The notes beneath the pieces were generated by a model. That model was not told the origin of the DNA. It did no database searches and was given only the letters and a program-made list of their open reading frames with translations. The position numbers and the translations under genes are program-made. A stretch of 60,873 nucleotides of DNA, filler included. It is 12 parts of 12 records of this genome, joined end to end, with 100 filler letters (N's around TTAATTAATTAA, not from the genome) between each part and the next. Parts side by side here need not be neighbours in the genome. Positions count along the whole stretch, not along the records: positions 57,842 to 60,873 come from SRR15195285_3964; 11 more parts are not named here. One strand, 5' to 3'. Positions 60,400 to 60,873 of this stretch are shown here, piece after piece (within the stretch, counting starts at the first letter, position 1; the number at the start of each line of letters is the position of its first letter).

Positions 60400-60510
60400 A
60401 TTGCCCCTGCCACTTGAAAATCTGCCCCTCCCACCTGATAATCTGCCCCTGGGGCTTGTGGATCTGCCCTGTGACTCGCGGGTCTGCCCCTGGGTCGTGG
60501 GTTTACCCCT
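60400..60510. repeat. Degenerate ~20-21-bp tandem repeat with TCTGCCCCT core (~6 units)
   Basis: Cores near 60400, 60421, 60442, 60463, 60483 and 60502. Confidence 0.7.
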
Positions 60511-60873
60511 GTGGGCCGTTACGGTTTGGGCACAGCAAAATCTAAATAGATCCACCAAAATCGATCAATTGCCCCTGGTGCTGGACACGCCAAAAAGCTG
60601 GGCGCAAGTGCAGTGTCGACGCACTTCGCAACACATGACATCAACAACACTGGCAGCCACCTCAGCTTTGCTACTACTAGCCTGCCCTTCGCAGCCTGTA
60701 GTGCACTGGCAGGTGGGCAGCACGTCGACGCCACCACCACCGCCGCCACCACACCACCTGCGGGCAGACAAGGCACAAGGGCGCGTGGCAGGTGCGCGGC
60801 AGCCGGATCGAACGGCGTGCTGCGACGGGACAGGGCTGGGAGGCAGTGGTGATGGCCGAGCGATACGAGGAAC

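Noticed and set aside
60400-60510. Mini-CRISPR interpretation of the TCTGCCCCT repeats
   Set aside because: The 9-bp cores and ~12-bp spacers are far too short, there are no cas genes, and the context is eukaryotic.

Overview
This is eukaryotic genomic DNA, not one locus. It is 12 unrelated contigs joined by eleven artificial 100-bp spacers (44 N + TTAATTAATTAA + 44 N), so gene neighbourhood across spacers carries no meaning. Genes are dense and GC-rich, with short GT-AG introns, mostly about 70-210 nt. A CFAP92-like gene suggests a flagellated protist; the lineage is not determined. Recognisable genes: ATRX-like ADD+SNF2 helicase (missed by the ORF track), LPCAT-type acyltransferase, diacylglycerol lipase, class I aminotransferase ending in PTS1, a BAZ/ACF1-like multi-reader chromatin protein, a DUF4185-like secreted protein, a small SET protein, a double-bromodomain/Tudor-knot/GCN5-type HAT, a giant lectin-rich multi-TM receptor, a DUF639-like protein, several PDZ proteins, a TKL kinase and a C2/CFAP92-like protein. 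The best candidate for a new system is a five-exon gene (9294-11372) encoding a bacterial-type N-acyl amino acid synthase-like GNAT fused to a cNMP-binding domain (NasP-like architecture). Next are the giant receptor, which may continue into a TIR domain, and two unusual chromatin-protein architectures. All domain calls come from motif recognition by eye; no searches were run.
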